27,430 bases of DNA from a virus (Duplodnaviria > Caudoviricetes): positions 1-27,430 of the IMG/VR virus record IMGVR_UViG_3300042565_000430; one strand, 5' to 3'. Of this stretch, positions 7,105 through 14,896 are shown piece by piece; position 1 is the first letter of the stretch; the number at the start of each line of letters is the position of its first letter. Both the position numbers and the translations under genes were made by a program. The notes beneath the pieces were generated by a model that was given only the letters and a program-made list of their open reading frames with translations, had not been told where the DNA came from and did no database searches.

Positions 7105-8334
7105 ATGACCATCACCCTCTACCCCCACCAAGAAGAAGCCAAGCAGTTTTTGCTGGTGAACCGGCGCTGCATCTTGGCCGACCAGCCGAGGGTGGGCAAG
7201 ACCCTGCCAGCGGCTGCGGCGGCTTTGCAACATCTGCCAGCCATCATCGTCTGCCCAGCTATTGCCAAGACAGTCTGGGAGGCCGCATTCAACCGGCTTG
7301 ACCCGTCAGTGCCAGTGAAAGTCATCACCGGAAAGAAGCAGGCAGCAGAGATTATTTGCGCCGGTGTCACCATCGTGAACTACGACATTCTTTCCAGCGT
7401 TACGGCTTATGCGGGAATTAAAACTGTGGTGTTTGACGAGTGCCACAGGCTCAAGAACAACAAGGCCATACGCACCAAGGCAGCCATGCTGATGATGAAA
7501 AAGATTGATCGGGTTTATGCATTGTCTGGAACACCAATTCCCAACAGACCCATTGAGCTTTGGCCTATCCTCCACGGGCTGGGCATCTATCGAGGCGGCT
7601 GGTTCGACTTTGCGGCGCGGTACGCCAAGATGTGGAGCGCGCCGTGGGGCATGGATGTCAGCGGTGCATCCAACATCCCAGAACTCAAAGCACTGATGCG
7701 GCCCTTTGTCCTGCGTAGGAAGAAGGAAGACATCTTCATGGACTACAAGCAGCCACAGGTCAGCCTGGTGACCTTTGACCTGCCCGTGGACAAGCGTGAG
7801 CAGTCCTTTGATGCCGATGCCTTGGTGGCCAATCCCAACGCCCTGATGGCCTTTGAGGGGCTGGCCGAGATCATGCGTGAGGCAGGGATGCGCAAGATCA
7901 AGGCGGCATCCGAATTCATCAGCGACCTGCTGCAATCCGGTGAGCCGGTGGTGGTGTTCGCGCACCACAAGGATGTGGTGCATGGGCTGGTCGAGGAACT
8001 CAAAGACCACAAGCCGGTGGTGGTTGTGGGCGACACGCCGAGTGCCAAGCGTACAGAGAACATTGCGGCATTTCAGTCTGGCCAGACCAAGGTGATCGTG
8101 GGCAACATTGCGGCCATGTCGGAGGGGGTTGACCTGAGTGCAGCCGATACCATCGTCTTTGTCGAATGCACTTGGTCAACCTCTGCGCTGGAGCAGGCGT
8201 CCAGCAGGGTGGAGAACATCACCAAGTCAGGCGTCAAGCCGGTCATCTACATCCTGACGATCAGGGCATCACTCGACCACAATGTGCTGGCCAAGGTGCT
8301 GAAGAAGCAGAACATCGTGAACCAGATCATCTAA
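7105..8334 (+). CDS. SNF2-family (SF2) helicase, HARP/SMARCAL1-like, 409 aa
   Basis: LYPHQ Q-motif, ILADQPRVGKT, DECH, LSGTPIPN, EGVDL, QASSR. Start moved to ATG7105 because the longer ORF overlaps the divergent SSB gene. Confidence 0.9.
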   Translation: MTITLYPHQEEAKQFLLVNRRCILADQPRVGKTLPAAAAALQHLPAIIVCPAIAKTVWEAAFNRLDPSVPVKVITGKKQAAEIICAGVTIVNYDILSSVTAYAGIKTVVFDECHRLKNNKAIRTKAAMLMMKKIDRVYALSGTPIPNRPIELWPILHGLGIYRGGWFDFAARYAKMWSAPWGMDVSGASNIPELKALMRPFVLRRKKEDIFMDYKQPQVSLVTFDLPVDKREQSFDADALVANPNALMAFEGLAEIMREAGMRKIKAASEFISDLLQSGEPVVVFAHHKDVVHGLVEELKDHKPVVVVGDTPSAKRTENIAAFQSGQTKVIVGNIAAMSEGVDLSAADTIVFVECTWSTSALEQASSRVENITKSGVKPVIYILTIRASLDHNVLAKVLKKQNIVNQII

Positions 8335-8358
8335 GGGTTTGTCCTAATTAAATAGTTG

Positions 8359-8386
8359 TTGACGTTACCGGAAACAGTGTTATAGT
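8359..8386 (+). promoter_or_regulatory. Sigma70-like promoter
   Basis: TTGACG-N16-TATAGT with TG extension; GGAG RBS downstream. Confidence 0.7.
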
Positions 8387-8417
8387 AGAGGCTCATTAAC
8401 ACAACGGAGCAAACGAC

Positions 8418-8684
8418 ATGACGGAAATTAAATTCAACAAATTCAATGTGACCAACGGCACTGACAAGGCCCGCGTTCACTACTGCCTTGACAACCGCAC
8501 CGACAAGCGCGAATGCGTGACCATCTACGCGAAGGACTACGACCGCGCACTGCGCCGTATCTTTGACGATGGCTACACCAACGACACAGACACATCGACC
8601 GACTACTTTGAGAAGGGCCGCGTGGTGCTGTTTGCTGACCACCCTCTGTACCTCAAAGCTCGCGCACGGGCACTGTTTAATTAA
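8418..8684 (+). CDS. Hypothetical early protein, 88 aa
   Basis: GGAG RBS, directly after a promoter; NDTDTSTDYFEKGRV motif. Confidence 0.75.
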   Translation: MTEIKFNKFNVTNGTDKARVHYCLDNRTDKRECVTIYAKDYDRALRRIFDDGYTNDTDTSTDYFEKGRVVLFADHPLYLKARARALFN

Positions 8685-8701
8685 CCACAAGGAGATCAAA
8701 A

Positions 8702-8896
8702 ATGAACATGTTTTCTCAAATGACCGCCAGCAACATCAACCCACAAAAGCCAGTCACCATCACAACCTCGAAAGCCCTCAAGGACAGTATTTTTTGGCAG
8801 CAGCAAGTGATTGCTCAAAGCAACGATGCAGCGCAAATTGCACGCTGCACACTTGCCGTTCAGCGTTTGCAGGCCCAGCTTTCCGAGGCAGCATGA
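8702..8896 (+). CDS. Hypothetical protein, 64 aa
   Basis: AAGGAG RBS; ATGA overlap with the next ORF. Confidence 0.65.
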   Translation: MNMFSQMTASNINPQKPVTITTSKALKDSIFWQQQVIAQSNDAAQIARCTLAVQRLQAQLSEAA

Positions 8897-9033
8897 CCCC
8901 CACCCAACGAGTCCAAGCTCTGCGCCAGCGCCGGAAGGCGCTTGGCCTGATCCGAGTCGAGTTCTACCTGACGGCAAGCCATGCGGCCAAGGTCAAGGAA
9001 CTCATCTACAAGTTAACCAAGGAGAAGCAATGA
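8893..9033 (+). CDS. Small basic, probably RHH-like DNA-binding protein, 46 aa
   Basis: MTPTQRVQALRQRRKALGLIRVEFYLT...; ATGA overlaps on both sides. Confidence 0.65.
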   Translation: MTPTQRVQALRQRRKALGLIRVEFYLTASHAAKVKELIYKLTKEKQ

Positions 9034-10085
9034 CCCAGCACACTGACCGCAAACACGCCCGACTCTCAGCATCCCGCATGGACAGGGTGATGAGTTGCCC
9101 AGGCTCTTACCGGCTTGAGGAAAAGATGCCCTATGAGCCTGCCGGTGAGGCGGCTGCCATTGGCACGGCTATCCATGAGCTATCCGAGCGCATCCTAAGA
9201 GGCGAGGCCGTCAACCCCAAAGACCACCCAGACGACCACATCGACATGGCTGTTGAGTACGCCGATTTTGTCAACACGCTGGTTGAGAACCCCCGCAAAC
9301 GCATGATTGAGGTCAATGTGGATGCCGGCCTCAAGTCTCTGCACCAAGCCCTCGGCGGCACTGCCGATGCCGTGCTGGTGGACAAAGACCATTTACATAT
9401 CGTGGATTTAAAAACTGGGAGGGTGCTGGTCGAGGCCGAGGACAACAAGCAGATGCTGACCTACGCTCTGGGCGTTATGCGCATGTTGAATGCGCCTGCA
9501 TCCATCCAATGCACCATGCACATATTTCAGCCCCGAGCCGGCCACAGCCAGTGGACAGTCTCAGGCACTGACCTGATCTCGCACGGCCATGACCTGCTGG
9601 CCGCTGCCAACCTCGCGCTGACCGATGACGCACCAACCAACCCAAGCACCAGCAATTGCAAGTACTGCAAGGCCAAGCCAATCTGCCCGTCCATGCGGCA
9701 GAAGGTGCAGGACAACGCACGCAAAGAGTTTGCAGACCTTGTCAAGCAGGCCGACAAGGATGAGGCCATAACAGTGCCGCATGTCACCCCAGAAGACATT
9801 GAACTGGCCCAGCTTGCAGCGCTGTGGTCGGATGCGGTGCTGGAGTCGGCCAAGCGTCAGATCACCAGCGGGTCAACCATCCAAGGATGGACACTGCGCC
9901 AAGGGCGCAAGACCAAGTTTTGGAAGAGTGACGCCTTGGCCTACGAGGCTCTGAAATCCTACCCGCAGGCATTCGACCTGAAGTCCCCATCGGCCATTGC
10001 CAAGCTGGACATCACTATCAGCGAAGACCTGATCGGTGAGAAGCATGCTGCTGCCAGCTTGGTGAAAGAAAAGGCCAAGGACTAG
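9030..10085 (+). CDS. DUF2800-family PD-(D/E)XK (Cas4-like) exonuclease, 351 aa
   Basis: HARLSAS...CPGS, GTAIHE, GGTADAV, IVDLKTG, QMLTYALG, CKYCKAKPIC; AAGGAG RBS before ATG9030. Confidence 0.88.
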   Translation: MTQHTDRKHARLSASRMDRVMSCPGSYRLEEKMPYEPAGEAAAIGTAIHELSERILRGEAVNPKDHPDDHIDMAVEYADFVNTLVENPRKRMIEVNVDAGLKSLHQALGGTADAVLVDKDHLHIVDLKTGRVLVEAEDNKQMLTYALGVMRMLNAPASIQCTMHIFQPRAGHSQWTVSGTDLISHGHDLLAAANLALTDDAPTNPSTSNCKYCKAKPICPSMRQKVQDNARKEFADLVKQADKDEAITVPHVTPEDIELAQLAALWSDAVLESAKRQITSGSTIQGWTLRQGRKTKFWKSDALAYEALKSYPQAFDLKSPSAIAKLDITISEDLIGEKHAAASLVKEKAKD

Positions 10086-10097
10086 AATCAACCTCCC

Positions 10098-10133
10098 AAA
10101 GAAAAACCCCTGACGGCGCGAACCATCAGGGGT
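10098..10133 (-). terminator. Intrinsic terminator on the strand opposite the flanking genes
   Basis: Minus strand ACCCCUGAUGG-UUCGCG-CCGUCAGGGGU followed by UUUUCUUU. The U-G wobble and U-tract both exist only in this orientation. Confidence 0.7.
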
Positions 10134-10187
10134 AACTAGTTTCAGCTAGAAGGAGAACAACTTGTCGTCAACCGCGAGATCAACAAC
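10098..10187 (-). ncRNA. Putative ~90 nt antisense RNA to the primase-helicase leader
   Basis: Bounded by a minus-strand extended -10 TGgTAAAAT (10202-10194) and the minus-strand terminator. Confidence 0.55.
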
Positions 10188-10191
10188 ATGA
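10162..10191 (+). CDS. Putative 9-aa leader peptide (MSSTARSTT) coupled to the primase
   Basis: AAGGAG (10150-10155), 6 nt spacer, TTG start; its TGA overlaps the primase ATG (ATGA 10188-10191). Confidence 0.5.
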   Translation: MSSTARSTT

Positions 10192-12365
10192 GCATTTTAC
10201 CAAAAGCAACGGCCACTGAGTTCACCAACTCAAAAGCCATTGCTGTCAAGCTGATCGAGCAGCATCCAAGTGCAGTGTTCTGCACCTTTGCCACCACCGC
10301 CGATGGCAAGAAAATCCCATACAAGAAGTCTGGGCAAGGTGTGGCGCGTGACACGCCACCTGATCAGCTTTACTCTGCATCAGAGGTGCTGACTATGGAT
10401 GCCGCGCCAGCCGGCAGCTATCTGGGCATCGTGATGCAGACCCCAGCCATGAGCCAAGGCGCGTACCTTGTCTGCCTCGATGTGGACATGAAGCACTCCA
10501 CAGGTGCGACCAACATAGCCATCAAGCGCATGGCCGAGTGGGTCAAGCAGCAGGATCAACTCACGGAGGTAAGCGTCTCCGGCAGGGGGCGGCATGTCTT
10601 CCTGTTCGTGGCTGATGAGGATCTGGACAAGATCAAGCCCAAGTACAAGCTGGGCGGCGGCCAAGAGATCGAGGTGTTTGGGCTGCCAACCTCACCAGGC
10701 AAGTCGGTGCTGCTGTCCGGCTCAAAGCTCAACGGCAAGCTATCCAACGAAACCCATGACAATCTACTGTCTTTGCTCACGATGTGGGGCGTCATTGAGC
10801 AGGACAACTCCAACCAGCCAGCCGAAGTGCCACGGCCCAAACAGGAGTACCAACCAACCCTGTCAAGCTCCACCGATGACTACAGCAAGGCGGCATCTGC
10901 CCTCCAGTTCATCAACCCTGACAGCGACTACACGACATGGATCGAGATCGGCCAAGCGCTGCATACGGCCTTTGGCGCTCAAGGCCACCAACTCTGGGCC
11001 GGCTGGTCAAGCCAAGGCAGCAAGTACAAATCAGAGCAGGACATCGACACGCATTGGAAGTCTTTCCACCAAGGCAAGGGCGTATCCATCGGCACGCTGT
11101 TTCATCATGCAAAGCAAGGCGGGTACTCGACACCGAGCCGCGCCGAAGAGCGAAAGTCGGCAGTCGATGATTTCTCCACCTACATCCAAGCGCAGCAGGC
11201 TCAAGTCGCCAGTGACCAGCCAATACCCACAGACCTGCCAGCCCCGTACTGGAAAGAACTCAACCTCGACCTGACCAAGCTCTACCCTGTTGAATATCTG
11301 ATCGATGGATTCCTCGCTCATTCTTTCAGCGTCACCGCCGGCCAGCCTGGTGTGGGCAAGACCACGGCAATGGTCAGTGTCTGCCTGATTGCCGCTGGAT
11401 TTACTCTATCCGACTCACCATTGAAGACAGAATCCCGCAGAAAGATTCTTTATGTCACCGAGGATGCCAATCAAGTCAGGCAATCCCTATATGCTTACAT
11501 AAAGTACTGGAATCTAAATGCCGATGAAGTCGCCCAATGGTTTATCGTCATTGAATCAAAGCGATCAAAAGTCCCAGAGATATTATTATTAGCAGAGAAT
11601 GTCATCAGACACACAACTACTGAAAGACCATTCCTCATAATAGATACTTCCAATGCAACATTAGAAATAGATAATGAGAATGATAACTCTGAGGTCGGCA
11701 GTTACATGGCCGCCATCAAACAGACTATTTACACTCAACTCTCCACACCGATAAAGATCATCACCCACACCGCCAAGACCGCACAAACAAGTGACGACAG
11801 CGCCTTGGCCCGTGGCGCATCTGCCTTCACTGGTGATGCAACTCTCACCGCCATCCTGTTCATGGATGAAGAAAAGAACAGGTTCATGCGGCTTATAAAA
11901 ACCCGATATGAGCCAATCCACCGTGAGATCAGCTTTCAGACCCACATTCACAATGAAATCGTAATCACCAAACACGGCAATCCTCAAGATGTCCAGTGCA
12001 TCACAGTCATCCCGTACCCGACAAGCGAATCCTCCAGAAAGCAGGAAGCAGCACAAAGAATCGAAGAAAACAAGTCACTCAGGGTCATGGACAAGTGCGA
12101 CATGGCGGCCTCATTCGTGCAGTCAATCCTGAACGAGCATCCCGAAGGGGTCGTTATCCGCAAGGGATCAAACGCTCCCAAGGAATGCAAGTTACATCCG
12201 AATGCCTACAAATTGGAATGGGCTGAAGTCTATGCTGCCGTGCCTGGAGCGTCAAAAGGCGATGTAAAACGCTCCGTTGGCCTGTCAGTGCTGCGCCGAT
12301 TCGCACCAGATGCAGAGAACAATGCATGGAATTTGCTGGGCAATGGTGGCCGCCATGAAGGCTGA
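10188..12365 (+). CDS. Primase-helicase: AEP primase-polymerase + PriCT-2 + RepA/AAA_25-type helicase, 725 aa
   Basis: CLDVD and SVSGRGRHVF (AEP motifs I and II); DYTTWIEIGQALH...WSSQGSKY...WKSF...GTLFHHAK (PriCT-2); GQPGVGKT, LIIDT, ITHTAK, ARGASA (helicase). Confidence 0.9.
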   Translation: MSILPKATATEFTNSKAIAVKLIEQHPSAVFCTFATTADGKKIPYKKSGQGVARDTPPDQLYSASEVLTMDAAPAGSYLGIVMQTPAMSQGAYLVCLDVDMKHSTGATNIAIKRMAEWVKQQDQLTEVSVSGRGRHVFLFVADEDLDKIKPKYKLGGGQEIEVFGLPTSPGKSVLLSGSKLNGKLSNETHDNLLSLLTMWGVIEQDNSNQPAEVPRPKQEYQPTLSSSTDDYSKAASALQFINPDSDYTTWIEIGQALHTAFGAQGHQLWAGWSSQGSKYKSEQDIDTHWKSFHQGKGVSIGTLFHHAKQGGYSTPSRAEERKSAVDDFSTYIQAQQAQVASDQPIPTDLPAPYWKELNLDLTKLYPVEYLIDGFLAHSFSVTAGQPGVGKTTAMVSVCLIAAGFTLSDSPLKTESRRKILYVTEDANQVRQSLYAYIKYWNLNADEVAQWFIVIESKRSKVPEILLLAENVIRHTTTERPFLIIDTSNATLEIDNENDNSEVGSYMAAIKQTIYTQLSTPIKIITHTAKTAQTSDDSALARGASAFTGDATLTAILFMDEEKNRFMRLIKTRYEPIHREISFQTHIHNEIVITKHGNPQDVQCITVIPYPTSESSRKQEAAQRIEENKSLRVMDKCDMAASFVQSILNEHPEGVVIRKGSNAPKECKLHPNAYKLEWAEVYAAVPGASKGDVKRSVGLSVLRRFAPDAENNAWNLLGNGGRHEG

Positions 12366-12380
12366 ATTTAGATCTCCATC

Positions 12381-12607
12381 CAAGTCGAGGAGTCGGCGCG
12401 ACCTCGGCGAGACCTCGAAGGGACAGTCCCGCCGACAAAGATGGAGCTGTTGGATAACCCTGTGGAGTTGTCCACAGGTTATCCACAGCCTAATCACCGA
12501 TTTTTGATGAGCTTGACAAGTCGGAGATACCTCGGTTTTTTTCTTTGGGAGGTATCTTCGACTTGGTCACCTCGACTAAGGAGCTTGACAGTGAAAAGTT
12601 ATCCACA
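12381..12607. promoter_or_regulatory. Candidate replication origin with DnaA boxes, inverted repeat and short iterated motifs
   Basis: TTATCCACA at 12479-12487 and 12599-12607, TTGTCCACA at 12468-12476. 17-bp inverted repeat 12517-12533/12549-12565. Repeated CCTCG-type motif. Confidence 0.65.
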
Positions 12608-12929
12608 GGCAGATGAATGGAAAGATGATGAACGAGTTTTGTGCAAAAACTGCTCGAACTTGGAGTCGAGGGGACAGCAGTGGAACTTCAAGGCAGAGGA
12701 GTTTGAGAAGTTCCGCAGGGTCAACGAAAGACCTGGGCAATGGATGTTCAGCGCCGTGATGGTCAAGAACGGGTGGGCCAAGGTTTCGTTCAGTCAGGAC
12801 TTCTGCACGAAGACCGACAACTTGTGCATCCCAGAAAAAGTATTACACCACTGCCACCTGTTCGTGGATCGGGATGCCGCAAAGCCTGCCGAGTCCGTAG
12901 AATCACCTGCATGGTGGGAATTGACATAA
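12591..12929 (+). CDS. Cys-containing (possible Zn-binding) hypothetical protein, 112 aa
   Basis: AAGGAG RBS before GTG12591; DERVLCKNC...C...HHC pattern. Confidence 0.65.
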   Translation: MKSYPQADEWKDDERVLCKNCSNLESRGQQWNFKAEEFEKFRRVNERPGQWMFSAVMVKNGWAKVSFSQDFCTKTDNLCIPEKVLHHCHLFVDRDAAKPAESVESPAWWELT

Positions 12930-13279
12930 AGCGCAAGAGGCAAAGCATTGAGCACAAGGAACAGGTGCGGCTGGTGCAGCGGGTCAGGGCGTTCTATCCG
13001 GATGTGCTGATTGCGGCGATACCGAATGGGGGCGATAGAACGGCGTCAGAGCGCGTTAGGCTGCACGGTGAGGGGGTACTGGCTGGGATGCCGGATTTGT
13101 GCGTCCTGAAGCGTTCCAAGGGGTTTGGTGGGTTGTTTGTGGAGATGAAGACTGAGGTAGGGGTGGTTAGCAGGCAGCAGGATTGCATTGCAAAGCAATT
13201 GAACAAAGAGGGCTATCTGTGCGTTATCGCCAGATCAGCCGATGAGGGTTTCAAAATCATTGAGGAGTACTTGGCATGA
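12911..13279 (+). CDS. VRR-NUC domain nuclease, 122 aa
   Basis: EHKEQ, AIPNGG, GVLAGMPDL, FVEMKT..G.VS..Q motifs. Confidence 0.88.
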   Translation: MVGIDIKRKRQSIEHKEQVRLVQRVRAFYPDVLIAAIPNGGDRTASERVRLHGEGVLAGMPDLCVLKRSKGFGGLFVEMKTEVGVVSRQQDCIAKQLNKEGYLCVIARSADEGFKIIEEYLA

Positions 13280-13785
13280 GCCGTGACACATTGACCGAGA
13301 TGGCCGACCAGAGTGCCGTCAACATTGCGGCAGCACAGAACAAGAAGGCTGAACTCAGCGTAGCCAACAAGGCTGTTCACAAGTTCGGGGGTGAGGATGC
13401 CATCCTCGAATACATTGCAAATGGCGGCACAACTTCCGCACTGTGCAAGGTATTGGGGATTGGTACGGCTACCTTTGACCGATGGGTTGATAGAGGCGGC
13501 GAGGGGCGCACGGCGGCATACGCTCGCGCACGCACGCGAGCAGCACAGAGTTTAGCCGAGCAAACCATCGACATTGCAGACGCTGCAACCATCCAAGAGG
13601 TGCAGCTTGCCAAGCTGCGCTGTGACCGGCGTGCGTGGCTGGCCGGCAAGCTCAGTGACGAGTACAGCGACAAGGCCGCGCCTCTGGTGAACATCGACCT
13701 TGGCAGCCTGGCGTTGGACGCATTGCGGCATAGAAGTGTCACGCCCGTAAACGGCCTTGACAAAGACACGATTGACGAGGGCTAA
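13276..13785 (+). CDS. terS: Terminase small subunit, 169 aa
   Basis: N-terminal HTH, YARAR...AE...IAD...AKLRCDRRAWLAGKL..Y.DK pattern of Sf6 gp1-like TerS. Confidence 0.8.
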   Translation: MSRDTLTEMADQSAVNIAAAQNKKAELSVANKAVHKFGGEDAILEYIANGGTTSALCKVLGIGTATFDRWVDRGGEGRTAAYARARTRAAQSLAEQTIDIADAATIQEVQLAKLRCDRRAWLAGKLSDEYSDKAAPLVNIDLGSLALDALRHRSVTPVNGLDKDTIDEG

Positions 13786-13794
13786 CCCTCGGTT

Positions 13795-13924
13795 TCTGGG
13801 GCCGGTGGCCGCTGGCTGGCCGCCACCGCGCCGAGACCCCCCCGTCCCGCGCCTAGGCGGGGGCGGCTGATGCGGCACTAATCACCTACCAACCCTCCCC
13901 CCTAAAAAAAATTTTTTTAAAAAA
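13795..13924. other. Non-coding GC-rich/homopolymer tract; candidate packaging (pac) or genome-terminus region
   Basis: C7, G5 and C6 runs followed by T-A8-T7-A6 near-palindrome, directly after terS. Confidence 0.4.
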
Positions 13925-13928
13925 CCCC

Positions 13929-13956
13929 TTGACACCCTGCCAACCTGCTACATAAT
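13929..13956 (+). promoter_or_regulatory. Sigma70-like promoter
   Basis: TTGACA-N16-CATAAT with upstream A/T tract resembling an UP element. Confidence 0.7.
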
Positions 13957-13994
13957 TGCGTACAAGGTCAATAAATTAACAGGGAGAGCAACTT

Positions 13995-14663
13995 ATGACA
14001 GTCTACGGGTATGTGAGGGTGAGCACCACAGAGCAGGTGGACAACACCAGCATGCAGGAGCAGAAGCGCCAGATCGAGGGCAACGCGATGAGCCACAACC
14101 TGGTCATTGACCAGTTCATTGAGGATGGCGGCGTGAGTGGTGCAGACCCCTTCTTTGCACGACTCAGCGCCAACAGCGTGACACTCCAGCAGGGCGACAC
14201 TGTGATCGTGGCCAAGTTGGATCGGTTCAGCCGTGATTTGCTGGATGCGCTTCAGTCGATCAAGAAGTGCAAGGAGCTTGGTGTCAAGCTGATCATCAAC
14301 GGCCACGGGGATGTCACTGACAGCAGCAACATCTACGCGCAGTTGATGCTGGAGATCCTTTGCAGCTTTGCAGGCCATGAGCGCAGAGTGCTGAAGGAAA
14401 GGCAGAAGCAGGGGCAAGCTGCCAAGCGCAAGGCTGGCGGCCATCTGGGTGGCTCGGCCAAGTTCGGGTACACCATCCAAGGCACTGGTCAGGCGGCAGT
14501 GCTGGTGGAAAAACCTGAAGAGCAGGCGGCACTGGCGTACGCCAAGGAGATGAGGGCGACAGGAATTTCGTTTAGAGCCATATCGGCAATTTTAAAAACC
14601 AGCCACATGGTAGTTGTCTCGCATGAGGCAATCCGCAGGGCATTACAAGGAGAAGCAGCATGA
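13995..14663 (+). CDS. Small serine recombinase (resolvase/invertase family), 222 aa
   Basis: YGYVRVST (catalytic Ser), EDGGVSG, AKLDRFSR, FAGHER, C-terminal HTH; GGGAG RBS. Confidence 0.92.
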   Translation: MTVYGYVRVSTTEQVDNTSMQEQKRQIEGNAMSHNLVIDQFIEDGGVSGADPFFARLSANSVTLQQGDTVIVAKLDRFSRDLLDALQSIKKCKELGVKLIINGHGDVTDSSNIYAQLMLEILCSFAGHERRVLKERQKQGQAAKRKAGGHLGGSAKFGYTIQGTGQAAVLVEKPEEQAALAYAKEMRATGISFRAISAILKTSHMVVVSHEAIRRALQGEAA

Positions 14664-14896
14664 AGTTGATGCATGAATATGTGACGGGATTGTGCCGCCA
14701 GAGTCTGGAGTGCTGGTACGAGTGGGAGGGCGCAGAGCCGGAGATATTGGAAGACGGGGTAGTTATTGAGCCAGCCATCCCTGAACAGGTGATATTGGTT
14801 GAGGTCTGGGTAGGTGGCGCTGATATATTTGAGTTAATCAGTGATGATTTTAAGGAAGTAATTGAGATTGCAATCCGCGAAGATATATATAAATGA
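14660..14896 (+). CDS. Small acidic hypothetical protein, 78 aa
   Basis: AAGGAG RBS and ATGA overlap; 19 D/E versus 5 K/R by my count. Confidence 0.7.
   Translation: MKLMHEYVTGLCRQSLECWYEWEGAEPEILEDGVVIEPAIPEQVILVEVWVGGADIFELISDDFKEVIEIAIREDIYK

Noticed and set aside
7306-8010. 234-aa minus-strand ORF, and similar ones at 21681-22466, 19548-20216 and 17481-18047
   Set aside because: Antisense shadows of well-supported genes in GC-biased codon usage; no motifs or RBS.
9030-10085. Cas4-like nuclease as evidence of a CRISPR system
   Set aside because: No repeat-spacer array or other cas genes seen; DUF2800 is a routine phage replication/recombination nuclease.
11460-11760. AT-rich patch inside the primase-helicase as an intron or intein
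   Set aside because: The frame is open, helicase motifs continue with normal spacing and no splicing motifs are seen; at most a recombined segment.
12441-12590. N-terminal extension of the 162-aa ORF and other short ORFs across 12154-12507
   Set aside because: They translate the DnaA-box/repeat region; the RBS supports GTG12591.
13995-14663. IS607-type or Tn3 transposon
   Set aside because: The catalytic domain is N-terminal with no preceding HTH, there is no TnpB or transposase, no terminal repeats were seen, and the gene is coupled to phage ORFs.
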